In this document: one piece after another, positions 17,834-27,709 of the stretch | How positions within the stretch are numbered: position 1 is the first letter of the stretch | Layout of the letters: every line of letters begins with the position of its first letter | From: an uncultured Rhodopirellula sp. | Lineage (GTDB): Bacteria; Planctomycetota; Planctomycetia; Pirellulales; Pirellulaceae | Direction: 5' to 3' | Assembly (NCBI GenBank): GCA_964007735.1 | Contig: CAXGAI010000015.1 | Coordinates: forward strand, 62,001 to 100,132 | DNA: 38,132 nucleotides | Made by a program: the position numbers and the translations under genes | The notes under the pieces: model-generated | What the model saw: the letters and a program-made list of their open reading frames with translations, nothing else | The model's database searches: none | What the model was told of the DNA's origin: nothing

Positions 17834-18977
17834 CGCTCCGAATTCCCGGTGTATTACAATTGGCCAGGCCCTTGGAAATACAGGACTTACAGATGGGGAT
17901 GCTGTTAAAGCATTAGACTTCGCTTCGCGTGAGATTAGTTATTCCACATTTCCAATTTACCTGCGCATATTAATCGGCATTGGTGCCGTAATCGTTGCGG
18001 GGTTATTGCTATTAGCCCTGACGGTGTCTGAGGTGCTCGAGATTGAATCGGCGCGACTGCTTCTTGGTGGTGTACTTATTGCGTTCGGAGTGTTGTTGTA
18101 TCAAGGGGCCGAAAATTGGCCTGTTGATACCTATCAATATTCGGTGTTTCTGCAGTTGTCGTTTGTCGCGGCGTTGATGGGTAAGATTTTATTCATATCC
18201 GGAGCTTACGAAATTCTACCATGGGATGAGAGCGTTAATTCTTTCCTTGCATCTCTAGTCGTAACTCTATCAACCTATTGGATATATGATCTTTACTTGG
18301 ATCGTATCCTATCGTCCTCTACAACAATCTGGACGTTCATCTACATGCTGCCCGAAGTCTTCGGCGGATATGATGATGTACTAGTCCGCGTGCTCGTTTA
18401 TTTAATGGTTCCGATTGGGACTTATTTGTTTCTGAGTCCGACGATTCATCCGCGTTATAAACCACTAGCAATGGCGTTTCTCTTTGCAGCTGGTTGGCAT
18501 GTCCTGGATTTAATGATGCACCACGGTTTTGGAGCTTCCAATTGGCCGGAATTAAGCGATTTGTGGATTGGCATCGCATGGGATTTGACCGATTTGTGGC
18601 TCTCCATCATTTGTACTTTTATCAATGCGTTGACGCTTGTCTATTTAATCATTTGGGGAAGCGGCGGCTGGGATACGATTGTCAATAAAAAGGTTAAATT
18701 AGCAATTGGGATGGTTGTTGCTCTGTCAATGTTTGGACTCGCGTCTTGTCTTGTTGCGCTGGTGATAGTTGCCATCGGATTTCTGGCAAACGATCGATTA
18801 ATTCTTGGTGCCGGTGTGGTTTATCTTTCTATTTCCCTTTTTGTTTCGACGCATAGCCTCCAGGCCGGCTTAATGGCTACGGGCTTTGTTCTCATTCTTA
18901 TGTCGATGGTTTTATTGGTGATTTATCTTAAGACTGCGGTGTGGTTTCGTTGCGAAGAACGCGAGATGTCTGTATGA
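17826..18977 (+). CDS. DUF4401-like multi-pass membrane protein
   Basis: PIYLRILIGIGA (cf. PWY.R.L.G.G) and many TM helices. ATG 17826 overlaps the upstream stop (ATGAATGA) and has a GAGGG SD; lies between DUF2157 and GDYXXLXY genes. Confidence 0.65.
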   Translation: MNDAPNSRCITIGQALGNTGLTDGDAVKALDFASREISYSTFPIYLRILIGIGAVIVAGLLLLALTVSEVLEIESARLLLGGVLIAFGVLLYQGAENWPVDTYQYSVFLQLSFVAALMGKILFISGAYEILPWDESVNSFLASLVVTLSTYWIYDLYLDRILSSSTTIWTFIYMLPEVFGGYDDVLVRVLVYLMVPIGTYLFLSPTIHPRYKPLAMAFLFAAGWHVLDLMMHHGFGASNWPELSDLWIGIAWDLTDLWLSIICTFINALTLVYLIIWGSGGWDTIVNKKVKLAIGMVVALSMFGLASCLVALVIVAIGFLANDRLILGAGVVYLSISLFVSTHSLQAGLMATGFVLILMSMVLLVIYLKTAVWFRCEEREMSV

Positions 18978-19525
18978 ATTGGAAAAGCATTGTTCTTGTA
19001 ATAACGGCATTGAGCACCATTGTTTACACTGGAATGTTAGTGGTTCAAAATCGGATGCTGCGGGCAAGTCCTGATACGATGTTTCTTGAGCTCGCTCCGG
19101 TAGACCCCTTATCCCTGTTCCAGGGACAATATATGGCCATAGAATTTTCCATTGAACGCGACACGCATGAACTGGATCCGGATTCAAACAGCCAGGATAC
19201 GCTGTCTCGGTTTGCGGTCTTGGTACTGGATGGAGATAGAGTGGGCAAGGTCAGTGAGTTTTTAGAAGGGAATCCCTCCCCCGAAGAACGCCGTGTTCTA
19301 GCCGGTAATTATAAGGGCCAGAACGTTCTCTTTCTCAACGTCGACTTAAAACGTGTAACAGGGAACAAATATGCGATTGTCATGAAACAAAAGCAATTCC
19401 TGTTTCAGGAAAGTCAGCAAGACAGGTACGCAAGGGCACGTTACGGATACTTCAGAGTATCTTATGATGGTCGATGCAGTCTTGAAGACTTAGCTGGCGA
19501 ATCGTACGAATTGCTGTCAAGATAG
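18974..19525 (+). CDS. GDYXXLXY-family membrane-anchored protein
   Basis: N-terminal TM helix, LELAPVDPLSLFQGQYMAIEF, FLFQE..Y..ARYG.FRV..DG...L..L. ATGA overlap with the upstream gene. Confidence 0.8.
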   Translation: MNWKSIVLVITALSTIVYTGMLVVQNRMLRASPDTMFLELAPVDPLSLFQGQYMAIEFSIERDTHELDPDSNSQDTLSRFAVLVLDGDRVGKVSEFLEGNPSPEERRVLAGNYKGQNVLFLNVDLKRVTGNKYAIVMKQKQFLFQESQQDRYARARYGYFRVSYDGRCSLEDLAGESYELLSR

Positions 19526-19587
19526 TGATCTTCGATGCCTGCGATTTGGACAATCGTCCTCAGCATCAGGGTTGGCATTGTGTAAGG

Positions 19588-21003
19588 TTAATTTCGCAAT
19601 GGTAGTTTAAGCGTCGGAATAAACGCGTCTTCCCCATCGATCCCCCGGCGAGGGGTCAAGGTACGTGAGTTCTCGAAGATACCTACCGGTCGGGAATTGT
19701 CCTGAATATCGTTGGCAAATTCAATGAAGAGTTGTTGCAACTGCTGCACGATGTCTGCATGGTTCGCTGCAACATTATTCGTTTCTCCTAAATCACTTCG
19801 TAGATTATAGAGTTCGCCATTTCGAAACAACTTCCAATCCCCTGCCCTAACTGCTGCAAGTTTGCCGCCTTGCTGATAGAAAAAATGTTTGTAGGGACTT
19901 CGGGCATCAGGGTGGCCCAGGAGCACGCCGGTATTGACGTGTCCGTCGATTGTCCTGTCTTTAGGGACTGACGTACCGGCCAGTTTCGCCAAGGTGGGAT
20001 GAATATCCAATGCGGTTATGATTTCGTCGCTCCTGGTAGCAGCAGGTATAGTTCCCGGCCACCATGCGATCGTAGGTTCCCGATGGCCGCCTTCGTAAGC
20101 AGATCCTTTGCGGCCTCGCAGCGGACCTGCGGATAGCCCGCCGGCTGGCCCGTTATCCGAAGTGAAAATAACAAGGGTATTATCGGATAGTCCCTCTTGA
20201 CGAAGTGTTTCTAGTATCTGTCCGACGCTCCAATCGACCTCCTCTACTTGTGCTTCTTCAACAGTATCGGCATTCTGCATAAAATCCGCGCTCGCTTGTC
20301 GGGGAGCATGCACGAAGGCGTGTGGGAGGTAGACGAAGAATGGCTCTGCTTTGTTTTGCCTGATAAAGTCGATCGCTGCGTTGGTGAACCGCTTACAGAG
20401 GCTTGCTTGGGCATCCATATCCTTTACGGTGTCTACGACCTTGTCACCCTTCAGAATAGGCAGTTCGGGACATTGAAAACGTTTGAGAGATGGCCACATG
20501 TCGTTGGAGTAAGGAATGCCTAGATAGGCATCGAATCCCTGTGACGTCGGCAGGAAGGGCTTTTGATCACCAAGATGCCATTTCCCAAAACATCCCGTCG
20601 CGTATCCCGCAGAACGAAGTGTTTCCGCGACGGTCACCTCGTTGGGGTGTAGCCCGTGATGATCGCCTGGGAAAAGAACAATGTGACCGGAGCCTCTCTG
20701 TAGTCCAATCCGTTGGGGGTAACATCCTGTCATGAGTGCCGCTCTGGATGGAGTGCAGACCGGAGAAGCTACATAAAATGATGTGAGTTTGCGCCCCTGA
20801 CGTGCCATCTGATCCAAATGCGGAGTATGGTTTTGGGTGGAGCCGAATGGTCCGATATCCCCGTATCCCATGTCATCAATGAAGATTAAAACAAAATTTG
20901 GACGATCCAAAGGTGCCCGTTCAGTGGCGGACGCATACAGTCTCTGGTAACCCACGGCAGAAAAGATTGTTATGAAGCAGATTAGTGTTTGTCCGAATCT
21001 CAT
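19588..21003 (-). CDS. Cys-type S1 sulfatase (arylsulfatase A / GalNAc-6-sulfatase-like), secreted
   Basis: PNFVLIFIDDMGYGD, CTPSRAALMTG, GKWHLGD, GIPYSNDM, FTSDNGP, GRKGSAYEGGHREP. Confidence 0.93.
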   Translation of the reverse strand: MRFGQTLICFITIFSAVGYQRLYASATERAPLDRPNFVLIFIDDMGYGDIGPFGSTQNHTPHLDQMARQGRKLTSFYVASPVCTPSRAALMTGCYPQRIGLQRGSGHIVLFPGDHHGLHPNEVTVAETLRSAGYATGCFGKWHLGDQKPFLPTSQGFDAYLGIPYSNDMWPSLKRFQCPELPILKGDKVVDTVKDMDAQASLCKRFTNAAIDFIRQNKAEPFFVYLPHAFVHAPRQASADFMQNADTVEEAQVEEVDWSVGQILETLRQEGLSDNTLVIFTSDNGPAGGLSAGPLRGRKGSAYEGGHREPTIAWWPGTIPAATRSDEIITALDIHPTLAKLAGTSVPKDRTIDGHVNTGVLLGHPDARSPYKHFFYQQGGKLAAVRAGDWKLFRNGELYNLRSDLGETNNVAANHADIVQQLQQLFIEFANDIQDNSRPVGIFENSRTLTPRRGIDGEDAFIPTLKLPLRN

Positions 21004-21006
21004 CGA

Positions 21007-22689
21007 TTACTCCTTCGCCGATGGTGTTACAGGAGGGGTGTTTAGGATATCGTAATCGCCGGTGGATTGGTGAGGTGTGATAGGCCAGGGGTCAGTACGA
21101 AACGGATAGGCGGGCAATTCCTTGCCGTTTAGGAGCGTTCCGTGAGGTAGATTGCTAAAACCATAACGTACGGCGACCGGCTCTTTGATATCGTCGTGCC
21201 AAACCACCACATTCTGGCCCGCTATTCGTGCCTTTGCATGTTGGAAGACCCGATCTTGGGCTGCTATATAAAAGCCAGCTACCAGATCTTTATTAAGCCT
21301 TAGGCCTTTCGCAGTCTCCTCCTGAAATGAAATAGTAATTTTATTGTCTTTAATTACATGGCTCTGATAGAGAGGGCCTTGCCAGGCAATCTGACGACCA
21401 ATTTTTTCCTGGTAAACCTCACTCAAAGCCCAGCGTGCTAGTCGTTCGCCGACCGGCCGTTTATGGCTGGGGTGAATGCTGCCATTGGAATTCGTATCGT
21501 AGCTGGAAACCAGTCCGGTATTACCTGTTTGTTGCCATGTAAGGTGCTGAAGTTCCCTAATGACATTTGTGTGATGGTTCATGTCATATGTCATGCTCCG
21601 ACGATTACTCCAGCCGGCAATCTGAACGAGCCCAAAAGGAAGGTTGGGATCATCGAATAAGACGCGCCAGTCACGGATCACGGCGGGGTACGTAGCATAA
21701 AACGGTTTCCAACTGGTACCGAACGAATTGTTTTCTCCTTGATAAAATAGAACACCACGCACGGACATACGAGAGATAGGGTAGATCATTCCATTGATCA
21801 TGCCGGAAGGGTGGCGTTTGTGACTTGGGTCTTGGTAGTCGGTTGGATTGGGTCGGCGAGGCTCCTTGGTGCCGTTATCCTTGGCTGATTTGACAGCTGC
21901 CTCCCATGCCGCCAAATCCATGCTATAACGTTTCTGAGCTCCGGTTTCACCACCACCAGCGTTCCAGGAAGCGAGGGCCTGTTGGTAGTCGTCATGGTAC
22001 GGTTGCATTTCAGGAATACTTGACAGGGTTTGTTCGCTCACCCAGTGTTGCGCCATCGTCCCGCCCCACGACACGTCTATTAAGCCAATGGGAGTATCTA
22101 ATAAACGGCTTATACGGTGGGCGAAATAATATCCGACCGCGGTACAGTTCTCTACCTGTTCGCTGGTTGCCATACGCCAATTACCTTCTCTTGCCTGAGG
22201 TGAGGTGACGGCAAAATTGGTTTGAGGATTACCGCGTGAGATTAAAGGGACTCGTATAAATCGAATATGGGCCGTATTCGCCGATGCGATTTCCAGATCA
22301 CTGTCTCTTGAACTATTTAGGGTCCATGCCATATTGCTTTGGCCACCGCAGAGCCAAACCTCGCCAACAAGGACGTCTTTAAATTCGATTCGTTGTTTAT
22401 CACTGTGAATGATGAGTGAGCGTGGCTGGAAGCTCTTTGGCATTGTCGGTAATTGCGTCTTCCATTTACCATTTTGGTCTGCTTTGGTCTGGACAGCAGA
22501 CTCTCCGAACGTCACTTCAATCGTGGTACCTTTTCCAGCCCAACCCCAAACAGAAACTGGTTTATCCGCCTGAAGAACCATCGAGTCTCCAAAGATATTG
22601 GGTAAATCGAGTTTGTCACCGGCGTTTGCTAATCCAGGGATTGATATGAAGCAGATGAGGACGTTGAAAACGGATGCGCGGCGGATCAT
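21007..22689 (-). CDS. Sialate O-acetylesterase family (SASA/SGNH) carbohydrate esterase, secreted
   Basis: IFGDSMVLQ, DVLVGEVWLCGGQSNM, WGGT, GVLFYQGENN, LPFGLVQIA, IHP.HKRPVGERLA, LPAYPFRTD. Confidence 0.9.
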   Translation of the reverse strand: MIRRASVFNVLICFISIPGLANAGDKLDLPNIFGDSMVLQADKPVSVWGWAGKGTTIEVTFGESAVQTKADQNGKWKTQLPTMPKSFQPRSLIIHSDKQRIEFKDVLVGEVWLCGGQSNMAWTLNSSRDSDLEIASANTAHIRFIRVPLISRGNPQTNFAVTSPQAREGNWRMATSEQVENCTAVGYYFAHRISRLLDTPIGLIDVSWGGTMAQHWVSEQTLSSIPEMQPYHDDYQQALASWNAGGGETGAQKRYSMDLAAWEAAVKSAKDNGTKEPRRPNPTDYQDPSHKRHPSGMINGMIYPISRMSVRGVLFYQGENNSFGTSWKPFYATYPAVIRDWRVLFDDPNLPFGLVQIAGWSNRRSMTYDMNHHTNVIRELQHLTWQQTGNTGLVSSYDTNSNGSIHPSHKRPVGERLARWALSEVYQEKIGRQIAWQGPLYQSHVIKDNKITISFQEETAKGLRLNKDLVAGFYIAAQDRVFQHAKARIAGQNVVVWHDDIKEPVAVRYGFSNLPHGTLLNGKELPAYPFRTDPWPITPHQSTGDYDILNTPPVTPSAKE

Positions 22690-22701
22690 AGTAAGTCGCT
22701 T

Positions 22702-23991
22702 CTAAAGGGGTAAGTTCAGTTTGCTGAGTGGAAGTCTTGGATCGGAGAGTAAATCGGGTAACGGAGCATTGGGATAGTCGACAGGCTTGTATTGAATCGC
22801 AAGTTCCGGCGTATAGAATCGTTGTCCGTTCGATTTCCATGAGCGAATGGCTCTGTCTAGGATACCGCTGGTTAACAGTGTTCGTTCTACAGGGTAGCTG
22901 GGGTGACCGGTGTGAATCATTCGTTCAATTGCTTTTGTCAAATAAGCGAAATGTGGATGATTGGGTTCACGCCGTTCCTCAAACTGCATTGCAATTGGTT
23001 TGTTGACGCCCGTCAACCGTACGGCAACTGAAGTACGAATAACAGATTGAAGCATAAACTGTGCGCCAAGGAAACCGTCTTCGCATTCGAATAATATTAA
23101 CGACTTGGGAGGGGCGAGTCGTGCATCTAATTTTCGAGCAACCTGCGGAACTGCTAACAGAGCTGCATCATAAAGTTCGCGATCGATTAATCCCGATTGA
23201 AGCACGTGTTCAACTTCAGGGCCCTCGAAAAATTGCACCCATTTCACCCCGGTTTTAGCCCCGCGGCGTTTCTCGATGACCGATTGTAGCGAGTCCAGGG
23301 CATGGCTCCCATAAATATCTAAGCCGTCATAGCCAATGCCAACCGCTGCCATAATGGATGACCGAACAGGGATTCGGATATCCGGCTTACGGAAACTGAC
23401 GGGTAGTGACGAACCTGCCATAAAAGGCAAACGCATTCGCCGGGCTCGTTCGTACATCCACTTCGCATCTTCCCACTCAGGACCTAGGTGTTTATCGTTA
23501 AACACCGGGAGACGTCGTCCGTATTCCTTCAGCGTATCTGTGATTTCGCGGAAGAAACGTCGACGGGGATAAAGGTGTTGCCCACGTTCATTCCACGGAT
23601 AATCGCCATGTTCAGCAATACATAAAACACCATCCACGGGGATATGGTCTGTACCGCAGGTGATGGTATCGCGAATGGTGCGAAACATGGGAATATTATG
23701 TTTGCGACATATCCGAACGGATTCGTCATCTTCGCGAATCTGTTCTACATATAATGCTGCTAATTCGAGGGCAGGTCCCGGACCGCCTGTTTGTTCCCAT
23801 CCCTCTAATATTTTTCCTAAAATGACATCAGCGTGAGAGCCTTTGTAGTAAGTGGAGACGATTGCAGCAACTCGTTTTGGTTTTATCGACGGAGCGCGGC
23901 GAAGCCCAAGCGACGGTGATGTGAATGAAGTTAGGGCAGCCGCACCGCAAACAATAAGATTGCGACGATAGTTGAAATGAGGATTCGTCAT
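22702..23991 (-). CDS. Conserved hypothetical protein, probable distant Gfo/Idh/MocA-like oxidoreductase with Tat-like signal
   Basis: ATG 23991 (GGGAG upstream); YRRNLI; VAAIV..Y...SHADVI, VDGVL, PVFNDKHL (cf. EKP), AGSS, YGSHALD (cf. D.G.H). Confidence 0.6.
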   Translation of the reverse strand: MTNPHFNYRRNLIVCGAAALTSFTSPSLGLRRAPSIKPKRVAAIVSTYYKGSHADVILGKILEGWEQTGGPGPALELAALYVEQIREDDESVRICRKHNIPMFRTIRDTITCGTDHIPVDGVLCIAEHGDYPWNERGQHLYPRRRFFREITDTLKEYGRRLPVFNDKHLGPEWEDAKWMYERARRMRLPFMAGSSLPVSFRKPDIRIPVRSSIMAAVGIGYDGLDIYGSHALDSLQSVIEKRRGAKTGVKWVQFFEGPEVEHVLQSGLIDRELYDAALLAVPQVARKLDARLAPPKSLILFECEDGFLGAQFMLQSVIRTSVAVRLTGVNKPIAMQFEERREPNHPHFAYLTKAIERMIHTGHPSYPVERTLLTSGILDRAIRSWKSNGQRFYTPELAIQYKPVDYPNAPLPDLLSDPRLPLSKLNLPL

Positions 23992-24089
23992 CGATGGTCT
24001 CCCTACTGAGTTTAACAAGTTGCCGAAGAGTGTTGGGGATAGGTTAAAATAGAATCGTTCTTAAATCCGGATATTACCTGAGGAATATA

Positions 24090-25595
24090 ATGCTGTCGAA
24101 ACGAACCTTTGTTGTAATCTGCGCGATTTTGTTTTGGTCCTTCCAGGCTGAAGCAGAGACTCAGAAAAGACCCAATATTCTGCTTTGTATCTCCGACGAC
24201 CAGTCGTATGCACATACCTCTTCGAATGGCGATCCCGTTATCAAGACTCCCGGTTTTGACCGTATCGCTCGCGAAGGGTTGAGGTTTCCCCTAGCATTTT
24301 GTGACGCTCCGACTTGTGGCCCATCACGCAGCGCTCTTTTAACGGGCCAGGAGATCTGGCGGTTGGAGGAGGCGGGTAATATCCACAGTACCTTACCAAA
24401 GAAGTATCCTACTTATACTGAGCTCCTCGAGCAGGCAGGTTACGCGGTCGGATTCACCGGCAAGGGATGGAGTCCCGGACGCCTTGGGCCGGGAGGGAGG
24501 ACAATCAACCCGGCAGGTATCGAATACCGAGAAAAAACTAAAAAGCCGCCCTTTGGGTTTATTACAAACAGAGATTACAGCGCCAATTTTGATGCCTTTC
24601 TGGACGAAGTGGAGGAAGGCCAGCCATTTTGTTTTTGGCTCGGGACCTTTGAACCGCATCGACCGTTCGAATCCGGTACAGGCGTAAAATCAGGTAAAGA
24701 TCCTTCCAAGGTGATCGTACCGCCCATCTTTCCGGATAATGAAATTGTGCGGAACGATTTGCTGGATTACATGGTAGAGATTGAACATTTCGACGCCATG
24801 GTGGAGGATGCTATAGCTTCGTTGGAGTCTAAGGGGATTCTCGACAATACCATTGTGGTGGTCACAAGCGACCATGGTATGCCATTCCCCAGAGCCAAGG
24901 CGACTTTGTACGACGATGGCGCTCGAGTTCCATTAGCGATCCGTTGGCCGTCGGGTATCACGGATGGTGGACGCGATGTTGCGCAGCCGGTTAATTTGAG
25001 TGACCTAGCGCCCACCTTCTTGAAGGTCGCCGGCTTGACCGTTCCAGCTCAGATGACAGCCGAAAGCTTAGTTGGCTTCTTCAGTGGTGAGTCAGAATCA
25101 CGTCAGGCGGCTTTTATTGCCATGGAACGACATGATGGGTGCCGTGCTGGTGGCAAGGGTTATCCTTGTCGCGCTATTCGAACGAAGGACTATTTATACA
25201 TCCATAACTTTGAACCAGGCCGCTGGCCCTCCGGTTCGCCGGATAAAAGTGTATGTGCGCGAAACATTCCTTTTGGAGAAATCGATACGTCTCCAACGAA
25301 GTCCTTCATGATGCAGAATCGTGGTCAGGAAGCCGTTAGCAAACTCGCTGAGCTGGCTTTTGGGATGAGACCCAGAGTAGAACTTTACGACGTTCACGCA
25401 GATCCCCATCAACTGAATAACCTAGCGGGACATCCTGATATGACGGATATTCAGACTAAGATGCAGAACGCCCTTTTTACTCATCTACGGAACACAAAAG
25501 ACCCTCGTGTAGTTGGAGGCCCCATCTTATGGGATTACTATCCATACTATGGGACGATCTTAACGAAGGGCTGGAAGGTTGACCCGCAACCGTAA
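24090..25595 (+). CDS. Cys-type sulfatase, N-sulfoglucosamine sulfohydrolase (sulfamidase)-like, secreted
   Basis: PNILLCISDDQS, CGPSRSALLTG, EPHRPF, TSDHGMPFPRAKATLYD, YPCRAIRT, ELYD..ADP.QL.NLA. Confidence 0.9.
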   Translation: MLSKRTFVVICAILFWSFQAEAETQKRPNILLCISDDQSYAHTSSNGDPVIKTPGFDRIAREGLRFPLAFCDAPTCGPSRSALLTGQEIWRLEEAGNIHSTLPKKYPTYTELLEQAGYAVGFTGKGWSPGRLGPGGRTINPAGIEYREKTKKPPFGFITNRDYSANFDAFLDEVEEGQPFCFWLGTFEPHRPFESGTGVKSGKDPSKVIVPPIFPDNEIVRNDLLDYMVEIEHFDAMVEDAIASLESKGILDNTIVVVTSDHGMPFPRAKATLYDDGARVPLAIRWPSGITDGGRDVAQPVNLSDLAPTFLKVAGLTVPAQMTAESLVGFFSGESESRQAAFIAMERHDGCRAGGKGYPCRAIRTKDYLYIHNFEPGRWPSGSPDKSVCARNIPFGEIDTSPTKSFMMQNRGQEAVSKLAELAFGMRPRVELYDVHADPHQLNNLAGHPDMTDIQTKMQNALFTHLRNTKDPRVVGGPILWDYYPYYGTILTKGWKVDPQP

Positions 25596-25651
25596 GATGC
25601 ACACTTGAGCAAACAAATTATCCCAATACTCTATATAGCTGCCATTGATAA

Positions 25652-26704
25652 ATGATACCTAATTTAACCGATCTGCAGGAATTACGAGAATCCAACGATA
25701 TTCAAGGTGATCGCACGGCGTTGCAATCGCGGTTGGAAGAGGAAGGCTATTTGTTTTTCCGACAGTTGCAGGACCCTGAATCATTAATGGAACTTCGCCA
25801 GCAAATGCTATCGACGATGCAGTTAGGTGGTTGGATAAAAAAAGGAACGAACCCGATCGATGGTATTGCCGAACCGAGTGTACAATGTACCGAGGGTGAT
25901 AGGGAATATACAGACGTTTACCATCAGGTGTATAGGAACCAGCTGTTTCACGAGATCGCGCATGCGGACTCAATCTTGGAGACGGTTTCCGACATTACCA
26001 GCCGCGAGATGATTCCGCAGCCACAGAAGGTTGCTCGACTTTGGTTCCCGAAATATACCGCCCATACAACGCCTATCCATCAGGACTATGTGCATTTTCA
26101 GGGGACGTACGAGAATCTAACGTGCTGGGCTCCCGTTGGTGATTGTCCCATCGAGCTAGGAGGACTTGCAGTGCTTAAGGGGTCGCATAAACCTGGTAGG
26201 GTGCTCGATCATCACTTCTCGCTTGGAGCCGGAGGTTTGATGATTAACGGTGGTGATTATGAGTCGTTGGGTTTGACGTGGCATACCACTGATTACAAAG
26301 TCGGCGATACATTAATTTTCCCCGCGTTAACAATCCATATGGCATTGCCAAATGTTACAGAGGATCGGCTCCGTGTCTCCCTCGACAACCGTTATCAGGC
26401 CACTGACGACCCCATCGCCGAGCACATGACGGAGCCGCATTTGGCGAGCATGAGTCCTTTTAGCTGGGCGCAGGTGTATGAGGATTGGGATTCAGCCAAT
26501 TATCAATACTATTGGAAAGACTATGAACTGGAAATCGTTCCTAAAGATTGGTCGTTCTCGAACCGGGGCTTCGAAGAAGCGTGCCAACTTGCTCGAGAGG
26601 GAAATCAGGAGGCCGTTCATCATTTGACTCGGGTCGCGAAGCGAGCGGGGGGCACAGAGCAAGGAAATCTTGCGGAGACAGTATTGAAAGAAATGTCGAA
26701 ATAG
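25652..26704 (+). CDS. Phytanoyl-CoA dioxygenase (PhyH) family Fe(II)/2-oxoglutarate dioxygenase
   Basis: EGYLFFR, TPIHQD (HxD), TCWAPVGD..IELGGLAVL.GSH, GD.LIF..LTIH..LPN, RVSLDNRY. Confidence 0.88.
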   Translation: MIPNLTDLQELRESNDIQGDRTALQSRLEEEGYLFFRQLQDPESLMELRQQMLSTMQLGGWIKKGTNPIDGIAEPSVQCTEGDREYTDVYHQVYRNQLFHEIAHADSILETVSDITSREMIPQPQKVARLWFPKYTAHTTPIHQDYVHFQGTYENLTCWAPVGDCPIELGGLAVLKGSHKPGRVLDHHFSLGAGGLMINGGDYESLGLTWHTTDYKVGDTLIFPALTIHMALPNVTEDRLRVSLDNRYQATDDPIAEHMTEPHLASMSPFSWAQVYEDWDSANYQYYWKDYELEIVPKDWSFSNRGFEEACQLAREGNQEAVHHLTRVAKRAGGTEQGNLAETVLKEMSK

Positions 26705-26784
26705 AGTGGTCGTGAGAATCAGGACGCCGAATCACCTGTGGAAGGACGGCGCGCCGAACAGTTCCTTAGGGCCTGTGAGTGTGG

Positions 26785-27489
26785 TTATTTAATGATCTTA
26801 AGTCGGATATCCCTGAATTCCACGATCATACCAGGATCGTGGAGTTGTAACTGAATCATGCCTTTTTTCAGCCGCTTAGCTTCTGGTAGATGTTCTATAA
26901 ATTCACTTGATAGTTTGCCGTTGATAATCAATTGGAAGTGGTTTCCCCTTGCAATGATGTGAACGTCATTCCATTGTTGGGAATTAATGTCGTCGAATGA
27001 TAATCCATCTTTAATCTCTGTGATTGTCGCACTGTCATCAGCATTAATGACGAGGCGATCACCTCGAAAACAACGGTGTTCGATGCGGCCGGGAGTATGG
27101 AAGTCCCATGCGCCCATGACGTTTTTCCCGATCCCTTTGTGCCCAAGATCTGCATGGTAACTTTTGAAATCGCGTTTGCCAGTCTCGTCTTCAATTGCTC
27201 TGATACTCACGCCGCTATTTCCTTTGCCAGGAAAGCGGTAGCTGAACTTCATTTCTAAATCAGCTAAATGCTTGTGCCCGGTATAGGTAAGATATCCCCT
27301 GCCCTGATCACCGGTTCCTATAAGGATTCCGTCTGCAACACGCCAGGCATTCTCAGCCCCTTTAGTTGGTTCCCACCCTTTAAGTGACGCGCCGTCAAAG
27401 ATAGATGTAAACCCTTTGGTTTCGGCGTGTGCCGTTGAAGGGAGAAAGGCAAGGAGGAAAAGGAGCGGGATTGAAATATTGATCTTCAT
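26785..27489 (-). CDS. DUF1080 (3-keto-disaccharide hydrolase-like) secreted protein
   Basis: Start ATG 27489 gives a signal peptide ending AHA; GFTSIFDG.SLKGW, W.V.DG, GNSGV, WN..HI.ARG, G.IQLQLH, VEFRDIRLK. Confidence 0.9.
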   Translation of the reverse strand: MKINISIPLLFLLAFLPSTAHAETKGFTSIFDGASLKGWEPTKGAENAWRVADGILIGTGDQGRGYLTYTGHKHLADLEMKFSYRFPGKGNSGVSIRAIEDETGKRDFKSYHADLGHKGIGKNVMGAWDFHTPGRIEHRCFRGDRLVINADDSATITEIKDGLSFDDINSQQWNDVHIIARGNHFQLIINGKLSSEFIEHLPEAKRLKKGMIQLQLHDPGMIVEFRDIRLKIIK

Positions 27490-27709
27490 AATTGTGTTTG
27501 TGGTAAGAGGGGTAAAAACTAACCTTGCCGTCAATTTGGAATGCATCGACCGGCTGTTTTCTAAGATTTCATGCTGCTTAGTTAAGAGTATTGCTAACTA
27601 GAGGGTTAAATCTAATTGGGTGGGTTCTACGAAATGTCGCTTAAGTGGAAGTGCTATAAGCTAAGGCGATCGGGGATCTCCATAGCATCCTGATCAAGGG
27701 AACTCTTGT

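Noticed and set aside
19534..19567. Imperfect hairpin GATGC..CGATT/AATCG..GCATC between convergent genes
   Set aside because: Bulged, weak stem with no U-tract.
21460..21490. Esterase motif GSIHP lacking the Asp of DxxH
   Set aside because: Ser-His dyad variants are known in sialate O-acetylesterases, so this is not a sign of inactivation.
26742..26767. Palindrome CGGCGCGCCG flanked by AAGGA/TCCTT between convergent genes
   Set aside because: Short stem, no U-tract and single copy; insufficient for a terminator or REP call.
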